A DNA stretch of 64,000 bases from an uncultured Sphingomonadaceae bacterium (GCA_964422435.1 CAYRBB010000007.1:12363-76362), one strand, 5' to 3'. Positions 39,457 through 48,885 are shown, counted from the first letter of the stretch. Made by a program: numbers and translations. The notes: generated by a model from the sequence alone, not told the origin.

Positions 39457-39590
39457 AAATTTCTCTCCGGCAATTCCACAGGCTCCACGATCAGGCGTTG
39501 TTCTTCACGGCCACCATCGAACCAAGCGACACCAAGTACCAGCAGCAGGATAGCAAACAATCCAACCAAGAACATCAGGCGCTTTGACAC
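39453..39590 (-). CDS. 45-aa single-TM small protein (absent from ORF track)
   Basis: Hand translation VSKRLMFLVGLFAILLLVLGVAWFDGGREEQRLIVEPVELPERNL*; its TGA overlaps the GTG of the 615-aa gene (GTGA). Confidence 0.7.
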   Translation of the reverse strand: MSKRLMFLVGLFAILLLVLGVAWFDGGREEQRLIVEPVELPERNL

Positions 39591-39646
39591 CTTGCGACAC
39601 TTCCCGTTCTACCTTGTCTGGACTGCGCGCAACTGCACAGCCGACC

Positions 39647-39674
39647 TTGCCAGCGCGGTTAGCCTATCTATAGG
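39647..39674 (+). promoter_or_regulatory. aroK promoter (short leader)
   Basis: TTGCCA-N16-TATAGG, 10 nt before ATG 39685. Confidence 0.5.
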
Positions 39675-39684
39675 CCTTGCGGCA

Positions 39685-40263
39685 ATGACCATGTCGAAGC
39701 CCGTACCCGATGATGCCATGTTGCAAGCGATCAAACAGCGCTTGAACAAGCCGCTGGTGCTGGTCGGTATGATGGGTGTCGGCAAATCAACAGTCGGTCG
39801 GCGTCTCGCCAATGCTCTGGGTATGGATTTTACCGATGCCGACGAGGAAATTGTCGAAGCCGCCAACATGTCCGTGGCGGAGATTTTCGACCAGTTTGGA
39901 GAAGAATATTTCCGCGATGGCGAGCGGCGTGTGATTGCACGGCTTATAGAAGAAAGCGGCGCAGGATGTGTGCTGGCGACCGGCGGCGGCGCGTTTCTTG
40001 AATCCGAAACGCGCGAGCTGATCCTGCAAGAGGGGATCGCGATCTGGCTTGATGCATCGATCGACACCCTTGTCGAACGAGTGAGTCGTAATAAGCGCCG
40101 CCCCTTGCTTCGCACCGGAAACATCGAAGAAAAGGTCACTACGATGAAAACCGCGCGCGAGCCCATTTATGCCGAAGCGCATATCCAGGTGCAAAGCGAT
40201 AGCGGTCCGCATCAATATACCGTAAACCGCATACTCGAGGCACTCGACACATGGCTGAAATAA
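39685..40263 (+). CDS. aroK: Shikimate kinase
   Basis: GMMGVGKST, DADEEI, FRDGE, ATGGG, RPLL. Confidence 0.95.
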   Translation: MTMSKPVPDDAMLQAIKQRLNKPLVLVGMMGVGKSTVGRRLANALGMDFTDADEEIVEAANMSVAEIFDQFGEEYFRDGERRVIARLIEESGAGCVLATGGGAFLESETRELILQEGIAIWLDASIDTLVERVSRNKRRPLLRTGNIEEKVTTMKTAREPIYAEAHIQVQSDSGPHQYTVNRILEALDTWLK

Positions 40264-41360
40264 CCGTCAATCTTGCGGGGCGCAGTTACCACGTTCGCGT
40301 CAAGCGCGGGCTGATCGGTGATTTTGCCAATCAGTGCGGGCCTTTGCTGCGCAAAAGACGCGTGCCCATTGTGACGGACGAGAATGTTCGCGCCGCGTGG
40401 GGGGATACGCTTGCAACCTCGCTGGAAGCGGCCGGCAAGGAACCGCGCTGGCTGGTGCACAAACCCGGTGAGAGTGCGAAGAGCTGGGACGGACTATCGC
40501 GCACGGTCGAGTGGCTACTTTCGGAAGAGGTTGAGCGCGGCGATCATATCGTCGCACTGGGTGGCGGTGTAATCGGCGATCTCACAGGCTTCGCCGCGAG
40601 TATGCTGAAGCGCGGCTGTAGTTTTATCCAGTTGCCTACGACGCTGTTGGCCCAGGTGGACAGCTCCGTCGGCGGCAAAACCGCGATAAATGTCGCGGCG
40701 GGAAAGAACCTGGTCGGGGCGTTCCACCAGCCAGCGCTGGTTCTCGCCGATACAGAGGCGCTTTCCACCCTGCCTGATCGCGAGATGCGCTGCGGCTATG
40801 CCGAAGTCATCAAGTATGGAATCCTTGGCGATCGCCCATTCTTTGAATGGTGTGAGGACAATGGGGAGAACGTTATCGCGCATAACGAAGCTGCGCTGGA
40901 TTACGCCGTGAAGACCAGCGTAAAAGCCAAGGCGCGCATCGTTGCGGAGGACGAGCGCGAGACGTCGGGCGTGCGCGCTCTGCTGAATCTCGGCCATACA
41001 TTTGGCCACGCTCTTGAGGCAGAAACGGGTTATTCAGACAAGCTATTGCACGGAGAAGCAGTTGCGCTCGGCATGGTCCTTTCCGCCCGATACTCGGCAC
41101 GGCGCGGCTATATCGGCGATGGCCAAGCACAGCGCGTGACTGACACTATCGCCGCTTCAGGCTTGCCGACCGAGATTGCGGCGCTGGGCCTCACATGCAA
41201 CGGCAAAACCCTCGCCGCACATATGCTACATGACAAGAAAATGAATGCGGGCACATTGCCCTTTATCCTGTTGCGCGATGTTGGCGAGGCTTTCCTGGAC
41301 CGCGCAGTCTCGCTCGATGATGTGACTGCTTTCCTTGGCGAGCAATTACAGGCGCATTAA
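40251..41360 (+). CDS. aroB: 3-dehydroquinate synthase
   Basis: ALGGGVIGDL, PTTLLAQVDSSVGGKT, LLNLGHTFGHALE, LLHGEAV. Confidence 0.97.
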   Translation: MAEITVNLAGRSYHVRVKRGLIGDFANQCGPLLRKRRVPIVTDENVRAAWGDTLATSLEAAGKEPRWLVHKPGESAKSWDGLSRTVEWLLSEEVERGDHIVALGGGVIGDLTGFAASMLKRGCSFIQLPTTLLAQVDSSVGGKTAINVAAGKNLVGAFHQPALVLADTEALSTLPDREMRCGYAEVIKYGILGDRPFFEWCEDNGENVIAHNEAALDYAVKTSVKAKARIVAEDERETSGVRALLNLGHTFGHALEAETGYSDKLLHGEAVALGMVLSARYSARRGYIGDGQAQRVTDTIAASGLPTEIAALGLTCNGKTLAAHMLHDKKMNAGTLPFILLRDVGEAFLDRAVSLDDVTAFLGEQLQAH

Positions 41361-42355
41361 TCGCCATAGATCGCGATTTCGTTCACACCCGTACTGTCCG
41401 CACGGCCGCGATACATGCCTGATGTGTTGAAGGAAAAAGCGGTCTCGCCCACATTCGACACGACGATAACACCGCCGCTACCACCCAGTTCAGCCACTTC
41501 CGTCATAAGGTTGTCGGCCGCTTCTCGTGCACCCATACCGGAAAGACGAATGAGGTCACAAATGGCACGGGCCACGCTGGCGCGAATGAAGTATTCGCCA
41601 GTTCCGGTCGCCGAAACGGCGCAGGCCCGATTATCGGCATAGGTACCCGCGCCAATCAGCGGCGAGTCGCCGATACGCCCCCAGCGTTTTCCCGTCATGC
41701 CGCCGGTGGATGTGCCTGCCGCAAGATTGCCATGCGTATCGCGCGCTACGGCACCGACTGTGCCGTAGCGGTGCTCATCATCCTCCAGCGTGGCGACAGT
41801 ATTTGCGCGGAAGCGCTCGAGCGCTTCGAGCCGTACGGGCGTGATGAACCATTCTTCCTCGACCTGCTCCAATCCGCGATCAGCGGCAAAAATCTCGGCC
41901 CCCTCGCCGCTTAGCAGCACATGCCGCCCATCATCCTTCACTGCTTGAGCGAGCAGGATCGGGTGACGGACATTGCTTACTCCGGCTGCTGCACCGGCAC
42001 TGAGATCATGGCCTAGCATGAGCGAGCTATCGAGGGAGACACGCCCCTCCCATGTCAGCACTGCACCGCGCCCGGCATTGAACAGCGGATCGTCCTCCAG
42101 CACCGTGATAACTGCAATCACCGCCTCCTCCGCCGTGCCGCCTTCGGCTAGCACCGCAGCACCGGCGTCCAGCGCGCCTTGCAACGCAGCATTGTATGCT
42201 GCCTCCCGCTCCGGGGTCATGGATTCACGCGCAATCGTGCCCGCCCCGCCATGAATGGCAATGGACCAATCGGAATGCTCCACGTCATGCGCAACAACAG
42301 TCGCAGGAATAACGATCGCAAAAATCGGAAGGAAAATGCGCAGCAAGCGATTCAT
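41357..42355 (-). CDS. iaaA: Isoaspartyl peptidase/L-asparaginase (Ntn hydrolase)
   Basis: IHGGAG, FNAGRG, GTVGAVA, TSTGG, GRIGDSP, SATGTGE; has a signal peptide. Confidence 0.9.
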   Translation of the reverse strand: MNRLLRIFLPIFAIVIPATVVAHDVEHSDWSIAIHGGAGTIARESMTPEREAAYNAALQGALDAGAAVLAEGGTAEEAVIAVITVLEDDPLFNAGRGAVLTWEGRVSLDSSLMLGHDLSAGAAAGVSNVRHPILLAQAVKDDGRHVLLSGEGAEIFAADRGLEQVEEEWFITPVRLEALERFRANTVATLEDDEHRYGTVGAVARDTHGNLAAGTSTGGMTGKRWGRIGDSPLIGAGTYADNRACAVSATGTGEYFIRASVARAICDLIRLSGMGAREAADNLMTEVAELGGSGGVIVVSNVGETAFSFNTSGMYRGRADSTGVNEIAIYGD

Positions 42356-42430
42356 GATATGGCCCCAAATTGTTATGTGGCCTCTAATGCGCCCAAGCGC
42401 GCCCGAATTTCAAGGGTCCGAACGTCTGTC

Positions 42431-42862
42431 CTACAGGTCTATCCGGTCAAATTTCGCAAAGGCCTCTCGTGCCAGCAGACCGCGATGGCACTTCGACGCC
42501 TCCTCGCAATAACACAATAGGCAGGTACGATGCTGCGCGGTAAAATACTGAATCTGTGCCATTTCTGCTAGCGTTTCGGGTAATTCCAGCTGGCCCATAT
42601 AGATTTTTTCCAGCGTCATCATGTCTCCGCGCCGCGCGGCACTGCGTCCTTCCGTCGGCGTGCCAAGGTGGCGGAAATGGCGATACTCCATTCCCGCCTC
42701 TTCAACTGCCGACTTTAGCGACGTCTTGGAAAATCCGGGCCGCCGCGAATTGGCCAATGCGCGGACATCGGCAAGAAGCTCTATGCCCGCTTCTCGCAAT
42801 ATTCGGATCAACTCATCCTGCGTGCGCCGGGCATAGCCAATTGTGAACAGTGTTGCCGTCAT
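42431..42862 (-). CDS. DUF488-family protein
   Basis: LFTIGY, LADVRA..SRRPGF, LGTP, LLCYC...CHR; ATGA overlap with the upstream lipoprotein. Confidence 0.85.
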   Translation of the reverse strand: MTATLFTIGYARRTQDELIRILREAGIELLADVRALANSRRPGFSKTSLKSAVEEAGMEYRHFRHLGTPTEGRSAARRGDMMTLEKIYMGQLELPETLAEMAQIQYFTAQHRTCLLCYCEEASKCHRGLLAREAFAKFDRIDL

Positions 42863-43722
42863 TCTATCCCTGACGGCGGCATCGCATCGGGTGCAATTTG
42901 CGGATAGAGCGTGTTCATCTTGGCATCCGCCGTTGGGTTGGCGATGCCCAAAATTTCCCCCTCTCCGCACGCTTCTCGAAATTCAGCCATCGACGGGCCG
43001 CCCGGCATAATCGTGTTGGATGATGCCCACGTGAAATTCTCGCCCAATCGCCCCTCGACCTGGCCAGAAATGCGGTTCACGAGCACATAATAGCCGTCAT
43101 CATCCACATCGAGGCCGGTCTCTGCGTGAAACCAAGCGAGCTGGGCCGCATCCTCCCCGCGCCGCTGTACGTAAAAACACCCGTCTTCAAGAAAGACACG
43201 CCCGCCATCGGCAGACTGCAGTTGCAAGCCTGTGCGCTGCTCTGAAGCCGGCCAGATACGCACGCCTTCCTGCGCCTGCTCGGTGATCCGCGGGAATGAT
43301 ATCGGCGGGACAAAGCCCCAGCGCAGATACGATGGCACTTCCCAGCCATTTTCCTCGACCCAATGATCGAAGTCCTCTGCTGTCATGCGCAGGTCGAACC
43401 CGATAATGGGTCCATCATCGTCCTTACCTGCCATTCCATAGCCATCGACCACATCGAGGGTTTGGAGGCGTTGGAGCCAGAGTTCACCCACCTCCTTTGC
43501 ACCGACTGGAACATCGCCTGAGCCCTCGATCCCGCCTGTGTGCGGCACGGGAAATGGATCGCTGGCGATAATTCTTGCATAATCGGGGGCAGTTGCTTGT
43601 AGCTGGGTTGCATAGTTCCGTTCCGGCGCACCGCCGACAGAGCCCGTGTCACTTCCGTTCGCGCCACATGCAGCGAGTATGAAAACGGGAAGAAGGCGAC
43701 GCGTCTGCATGATTTTCTCCAT
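42859..43722 (-). CDS. Hypothetical lipoprotein
   Basis: Lipobox LAAC after a basic/hydrophobic N-terminus; no family recognised. Confidence 0.65.
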   Translation of the reverse strand: MEKIMQTRRLLPVFILAACGANGSDTGSVGGAPERNYATQLQATAPDYARIIASDPFPVPHTGGIEGSGDVPVGAKEVGELWLQRLQTLDVVDGYGMAGKDDDGPIIGFDLRMTAEDFDHWVEENGWEVPSYLRWGFVPPISFPRITEQAQEGVRIWPASEQRTGLQLQSADGGRVFLEDGCFYVQRRGEDAAQLAWFHAETGLDVDDDGYYVLVNRISGQVEGRLGENFTWASSNTIMPGGPSMAEFREACGEGEILGIANPTADAKMNTLYPQIAPDAMPPSGIE

Positions 43723-43767
43723 CTCGCCCTCTTTCTACCTGCTCCCCTGTAGAAAGGCTGAATGGCG

Positions 43768-43998
43768 TCAGCCCTCGCTCGTTCCTTCGGGTTCATCCGC
43801 TCGGAACTCGAAAATATCGCCAGGCTGGCACTCGAGTTCGCGGCAAATAGCGTCGAGCGTACGATAGCGTACGCCGTTGACCTTGCCGGTTTTGAGCAGC
43901 GAGAGATTGGTGGCGGATATGCCAACGCGCTCGGCCAGCTCCTTTAAGCTGACCTTGCGCATCGCCATCATCACGTCGAGATTGGTGACGATCGCCAT
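43768..43998 (-). CDS. Cro/C1-type HTH regulator (YozG-like)
   Basis: MAIVTNLDVMM..ELAERVGIS..NLSLLKTGK..RYRTLDAICRELECQPGDI; TGATG overlap with the upstream gene. Confidence 0.9.
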   Translation of the reverse strand: MAIVTNLDVMMAMRKVSLKELAERVGISATNLSLLKTGKVNGVRYRTLDAICRELECQPGDIFEFRADEPEGTSEG

Positions 43999-44633
43999 CA
44001 GACCACACTCTCGCTGTCTTCGCGAAATTGTTGGCCCGATTTGAAGGCGCCCGCCGTGATGAATGCGACCATCGCCAGTAGCATGGGGATAATCGGCGGT
44101 TCGTATTCCAGCCAAATGTTCTCTACACCGTTCTTGCTCCAACTGATCGAGGGATGGATGTGGCGGTCCTCAAGCGGCGGGATCGCTTCGAGGATGGCGT
44201 ATTGTGTCATGAATGTGATCGAGATCGCCAGAACGCTGCTCACAACCAGCAATTTGCCGATATTGCGAAGCGCGACGACATTCTGATCACTGAACACGTT
44301 GCCTTCCCCAATCCGGGACAGCATGCCGCGCAACTGCCAGAACACGCCGGCAAGCAGACCCAACAAGGCCAAGCGTCCAACAAGTCGAGCAGCCCGCAAC
44401 CAACTGTGATCATCGACCCGGATCGACCCTTCCTGCAGCTGCCAGAACGCATCAGGCGTCGAGCCCGGATCGAGAACAATCATCTCGATATTCTCGCTAC
44501 TCGCGGGATAGCTGACCATATGGAACTTGCCGTTGGCGTAGGAATTGGCTGCCTGGATCACCGCTGCCACCGCAGCGATGGCAAACAACGCTATCAACAG
44601 ATCCACAAACCGCCGTGTCCATTTCGTGCTCAT
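43998..44633 (-). CDS. DUF2975-family inner-membrane protein
   Basis: Four hydrophobic segments; GNVFSDQNV..LRNIG; C-terminal FKSGQQFREDSESVV; coupled to a YozG-like HTH. Confidence 0.82.
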   Translation of the reverse strand: MSTKWTRRFVDLLIALFAIAAVAAVIQAANSYANGKFHMVSYPASSENIEMIVLDPGSTPDAFWQLQEGSIRVDDHSWLRAARLVGRLALLGLLAGVFWQLRGMLSRIGEGNVFSDQNVVALRNIGKLLVVSSVLAISITFMTQYAILEAIPPLEDRHIHPSISWSKNGVENIWLEYEPPIIPMLLAMVAFITAGAFKSGQQFREDSESVV

Positions 44634-44695
44634 TCGTCTTCCTCCAGATCGTTATGGGGAGCCGTATGCGCATAGAATTTGCGTTTTGCAATGCT

Positions 44696-44718
44696 TATTT
44701 TATGTTTTACATAAAATA
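44696..44718. promoter_or_regulatory. AT-rich inverted repeat upstream of the DUF2975 operon (candidate operator)
   Basis: TATTTTATG-N5-CATAAAATA, perfect 9-bp arms. Confidence 0.5.
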
Positions 44719-44724
44719 TATATC

Positions 44725-46077
44725 TTATCGCATAAGGACAAGTTCTTCCGCCATAGTCGGGTGGATGGCGGTGGTTGCGTCAAAATCGGCTTTGGTCAGT
44801 CCTGCCTTTACCGCGATGGCGGCCGCCTGCATCATCTCCGGCGCTTCTGGTGCGATCATGTGAATGCCGACGATCTTCCCGCTGTCGCCATCACAGACCA
44901 TCTTGAAGAGGCTGCGCTCATTGCGACCGGCAACAACGTTCTTCATCGCGCGGAAATCGGATAGGTAGACTTTGACGCTACCGAGCTGATTCTTGGCCTC
45001 GCCTTCGGTCATACCGACGGAGGCAATCGGCGGATGGCTGAACACTGCACTCGGAATGCACGAGTGATCGACCGCGACCGGCTCTCCGCCGCCAAATACC
45101 GTATCGGCGAAGGCCTGCCCCTCACGGATTGCCACAGGGGTCAGCTGCACACGATCGGTCACATCGCCGACCGCGTAGATATGATCGACATTGGACTTGC
45201 TGAACCGATCTACAACGATCTCGCCTTTTTCGCCCAGCTCGACGCCGGCTTTCTCCAGCCCCAACCCCTTGGTGTTGGGTGCGCGGCCGGTGGCAAACAT
45301 GACAAGGTCTACCTTCTCCTCGTCGCAGTCGGAAAGCTTGACGAAATAGCCCCCCTCATCACACGGCTTGATATACTCGAACACGGTGTTGAACTTGAAT
45401 TCAATGCCCTTCATGATCGAAATCTGCAGCAAGCGATCGCGTACTGCTTCGTCATACTGGCGCAGCAATTTGTCGCCGCGATTGACCACACAAACCTTGC
45501 TGCCGAATTCGTTGAAGATGCCGGCGAATTCGTTGGCAATATAGCCGCCGCCTGCGATCAAGACCTTCTTTGGCAGCTGGTCGAGATGGAACGCCTCGTT
45601 CGAGGTGATCGCGTGCTCTATTCCTTCACATTCGGGCTTGTGCGGATGCGCGCCCGTCGCGATCAGGATATATTGCGCGGTAACGACCTTGCCGCTCGCA
45701 AGTGTAATCTCGTGCGAGCCGGTAATCTCCGCACGTTCGCTGAAAATCGTCACATCGTGATTTTCAAGCGTTTCAGTGTAAGCGCCTTCCAGCCGATCTA
45801 CATCGCTCAGCACGTTATCGCGTAACTTGATCCAGTCGAAGCTCTTGCCCTCGATGGTCCAGCCAAATTGCTGGCAGTCTTCGAGGTCTTCCGCGAAATG
45901 CGCACCGTAAACGAGCATTTTCTTTGGCACGCAGCCACGGATCACACAGGTACCGCCAATACGATGTTCCTCTGCGATAGCCACGCGTGCGCCATGTGCG
46001 GCGGAAACGCGGCTAGCGCGCACGCCGCCCGATCCTGCGCCAATGGTGAAGAGATCGAAATCGTATCTGTCGGACAT
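44725..46077 (-). CDS. gor: Glutathione-disulfide reductase
   Basis: GAGSGG, GGTCVIRGCVPKK, GGGYIA, GDVTDRVQLTPVA, HPTMAEE. Confidence 0.96.
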   Translation of the reverse strand: MSDRYDFDLFTIGAGSGGVRASRVSAAHGARVAIAEEHRIGGTCVIRGCVPKKMLVYGAHFAEDLEDCQQFGWTIEGKSFDWIKLRDNVLSDVDRLEGAYTETLENHDVTIFSERAEITGSHEITLASGKVVTAQYILIATGAHPHKPECEGIEHAITSNEAFHLDQLPKKVLIAGGGYIANEFAGIFNEFGSKVCVVNRGDKLLRQYDEAVRDRLLQISIMKGIEFKFNTVFEYIKPCDEGGYFVKLSDCDEEKVDLVMFATGRAPNTKGLGLEKAGVELGEKGEIVVDRFSKSNVDHIYAVGDVTDRVQLTPVAIREGQAFADTVFGGGEPVAVDHSCIPSAVFSHPPIASVGMTEGEAKNQLGSVKVYLSDFRAMKNVVAGRNERSLFKMVCDGDSGKIVGIHMIAPEAPEMMQAAAIAVKAGLTKADFDATTAIHPTMAEELVLMR

Positions 46078-46150
46078 CGGTAACCCTTTGTGAATGCGTT
46101 GGGTCGCTATGGTCCAACAGCTTTCGCGGGGCAACCGTCAGCGTTTACGC

Positions 46151-47179
46151 TTAGCTTTCAAGAAAGGGCGCGTAATCGCGCATCAGTTGCCAGGCGTGCA
46201 GGTCTTCGATGGTAATCAGCGATTCATCCTTGATACCCGCCTGACGCTTGAGCAACCGAATGACAGCGGCGCGCTGCGTCTCGCTGGCACGCGGCAAGGT
46301 CACCAGCACATCGGGATTATGCTCTAGGGGCGCATCGAAAAGAACTGCACAATTCATCGGATCGAAACCGAAACCAAGGAAGGCGAGCCGCTTACCCTGT
46401 ACAACTTCGCTCTGAACCTGACGTATGAAACCGCGCTGGGCATGGCGTTCGGACACCGTATGAATCTGTTCCACCACAGCAGGCAGATCGGGCAGTTCCT
46501 GCGCACCCCAGCCCGCATCCGGCATATCGCCCTTCTGCCAATCTAGCTTGCCAGGGGTGCCGTAGGGATGGATGATCTTCAGCTTATCTGCCACGAGTGC
46601 GCGCGCTTCAATCAGGCTCATACCGAAGGCCATATGCAGCGCCCACGGCAGGTAGTGTTCGATAGAACGGTCGTAGTTGAAACAAACAATCGAAAGGTTG
46701 TCGAAGCACCGCTCCGCATCCGCTCGCGGTACGCCATTCACAACCGCGCGAGCCAGCTGAAACAACCAATTCTCGGTGCCGCGTACGGGCAAATCGCCAG
46801 GATCCTTAGGCTCTTCGCCCAGCGGCGACTGTGCCTCGGCATCAAGCGTGTAATGCGAAATGGCCAGCTTGCCGACGGCAAGAACCATCGGATTGTCGCC
46901 ATGCTGTTCAAGGATCGAATCGATAGACGTGGAAATGCGCGCGGCAGAGCGGATCACCTGGCCGGCTTCCATGAGCGCTTCCTTCTTCACCCGCGCCGCG
47001 TTGGCGACGAAGGCGATATGCGCGTCCATCGCAGCAATATCGGGCGTTTCCAACGGCCCGCCGAGCCGCTGGAAATCGAACCCTGCCGCGATGCGCGCAA
47101 GAAATTCGCGCCCGTCGGGAAATTGTAGCTCGCACGATGCACCGGCACCGACAACGAGCGTAGTCTTGGTCCTGATCAT
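46151..47179 (-). CDS. Stand-alone SIR2-like (SIR2_2/AbiH-like) protein
   Basis: LVVGAGAS, SIDSIL, IVCFNYD, IIHPYG, LAFLGFGFD in canonical sirtuin-fold order. Confidence 0.7.
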   Translation of the reverse strand: MIRTKTTLVVGAGASCELQFPDGREFLARIAAGFDFQRLGGPLETPDIAAMDAHIAFVANAARVKKEALMEAGQVIRSAARISTSIDSILEQHGDNPMVLAVGKLAISHYTLDAEAQSPLGEEPKDPGDLPVRGTENWLFQLARAVVNGVPRADAERCFDNLSIVCFNYDRSIEHYLPWALHMAFGMSLIEARALVADKLKIIHPYGTPGKLDWQKGDMPDAGWGAQELPDLPAVVEQIHTVSERHAQRGFIRQVQSEVVQGKRLAFLGFGFDPMNCAVLFDAPLEHNPDVLVTLPRASETQRAAVIRLLKRQAGIKDESLITIEDLHAWQLMRDYAPFLES

Positions 47180-47221
47180 GGACGCAGTTCTAAGCGCACT
47201 ATGCTTAAGATTTGACTAGGA

Positions 47222-48670
47222 TTAATGCTGGGAGACCCCACGATTTCCGCCGCGGTTGCGATTTCCGCCGCCGCTCTGGCGCTTGTTGAAGCCACCGCCG
47301 CCGGGCTTTCCTCCGGGCTTACCCCTACGATTGCCACCGGGACGATTGCCCTGCGGCCCGCGATTGGGTTTGCCCTTTCGTGCGGGGTGCTTCCTTTTCG
47401 GTAGGGCGCTACCGCCATCGCCGCGAATATCGGCAGAGGCACCGCGTGGCTTGGGCTTTACCCGCTTCATCTTCGTTTGGTGCGCACGCTTCGTAGGGCC
47501 TACACCCTCGACAACCGCACGGAAGTTTTCGGGCAGGTCGAGGCGATCAAACTCGGCATCGGTCTGCTTGTTGATGTCTTTGAGGTAAGCGCGTTCGTCT
47601 TCGGCACAGAAGGCAATCGCAACGCCATCGGCGCCCGCGCGCGCGGTGCGCCCGATGCGGTGAACATACTGCTCGGGCACGTTGGGCAGTTCGTAATTGA
47701 TGACATGAGAAACCCCCGGAATGTCGATCCCGCGCGCGGCCACGTCGGTAGCCACGAGAATCGGGGTCTTTGCCCGTTTGAATTCGCTCAGCGCGCGCTC
47801 GCGCTGCGGCTGGCTCTTATTGCCATGGATCGCATTGGCCGGAATACCGATCTGCGAGAGTTTCTTCACAACCCGGTCCGCGCCGTGCTTGGTTCGGGTA
47901 AAGATCAGTACGCGTTCCAGCTTGCCCGGAACCTCATGGCGGCCCGCCAGGATCATCTCTAGCAGCGACTGCTTCTCGTCGGCTTGCACCATGAAGAGGT
48001 ACTGGTCGATCCGCTCGGCCGTGGTCGCGGCAGGTGTGACGCTTACCTGTACCGGGTTGTTGCAATAGCCGGAGACGAGCTCCTTGATCTGCTTGGGCAT
48101 GGTGGCGCTGAAGAACAGCGTCTGGCGATCGGCCGGGGCCAGCTCGCGAATACGGCGCAGGGCGTGAATGAAGCCGAGGTCGAGCATCTGGTCCGCTTCA
48201 TCCAGCACGAGGATTTCAAGGCCGGAGAGGTTGAACGCCTTCTGATCGATCAGGTCGAGCAGGCGGCCCGGCGTCGCGACAAGGATGTCGGTGCCGCGAT
48301 GCAGCTTGTTACGATCCTTGTTGACGCTGGTGCCGCCAACGATGGAGTGGACCTTCAGCCCGGCAAGCGCGCCGTAATCCTTGGCGCTCTGAGCGATCTG
48401 CCCGGCCAGTTCACGCGTCGGGGCGAGAACCAGCATGCGGCAGGACTTGAACGGGATCTGGTTGTCGGCCCTGCGCAGGTTATCGATGCTGGGGAGCATG
48501 AAAGCGGCAGTCTTGCCGGTGCCGGTCTGGGCGATACCCAATAAATCGCGCCCTTCGAGAACGGGCGGAATGGCCTGCGCCTGGATTGGCGTCGGCTCGG
48601 TATAGCCCTGCATGTCGAGGGCTTGCATAACGGGCTGCGACAGCCCGAGATCGGAAAACTTGATAGTCAT
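47222..48670 (-). CDS. rhlE: DEAD-box RNA helicase, RhlE-like
   Basis: PTPIQ, AQTGTGKT, PTRELA, TPGRLLD, DEAD, SAT, ARGIDI, HRIGRTARAG; RGG/NR-rich tail. Confidence 0.88.
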   Translation of the reverse strand: MTIKFSDLGLSQPVMQALDMQGYTEPTPIQAQAIPPVLEGRDLLGIAQTGTGKTAAFMLPSIDNLRRADNQIPFKSCRMLVLAPTRELAGQIAQSAKDYGALAGLKVHSIVGGTSVNKDRNKLHRGTDILVATPGRLLDLIDQKAFNLSGLEILVLDEADQMLDLGFIHALRRIRELAPADRQTLFFSATMPKQIKELVSGYCNNPVQVSVTPAATTAERIDQYLFMVQADEKQSLLEMILAGRHEVPGKLERVLIFTRTKHGADRVVKKLSQIGIPANAIHGNKSQPQRERALSEFKRAKTPILVATDVAARGIDIPGVSHVINYELPNVPEQYVHRIGRTARAGADGVAIAFCAEDERAYLKDINKQTDAEFDRLDLPENFRAVVEGVGPTKRAHQTKMKRVKPKPRGASADIRGDGGSALPKRKHPARKGKPNRGPQGNRPGGNRRGKPGGKPGGGGFNKRQSGGGNRNRGGNRGVSQH

Positions 48671-48856
48671 TTGGTGTATTGAACTCGCAGTATATGCGGC
48701 GCGCTAGCCGAAATCCAATTGGAATCCGGGCGCGACGCGGGTGTCAAAACGACCCGCGTGAAAAGGGAAGTCTCAGGAAAAAGGACCGAAGGGCTGCCGG
48801 GGTCCGTGGCTGTCTCGCCACCACCGCTTCACGCTGGCGCACTCTTCGATGCACCC

Positions 48857-48885
48857 CATGTGGATGCTGCGCTGCAAAAAGTCAA
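48857..48885 (-). promoter_or_regulatory. Candidate rhlE promoter defining a ~180-nt leader
   Basis: Minus strand TTGACT-N17-CACATG; the -10 is weak. Confidence 0.4.

Noticed and set aside
44700-44731. dif-like sequence (minus strand TTATGCGATAA-GATATATATT-TTATGTAAAAC)
   Set aside because: The arms resemble XerC/XerD sites, but the spacer is 10 nt rather than the required 6. One arm is the gor stop region, and I found no partner site at the other end of the module. A GC-skew/terminus check would settle it.
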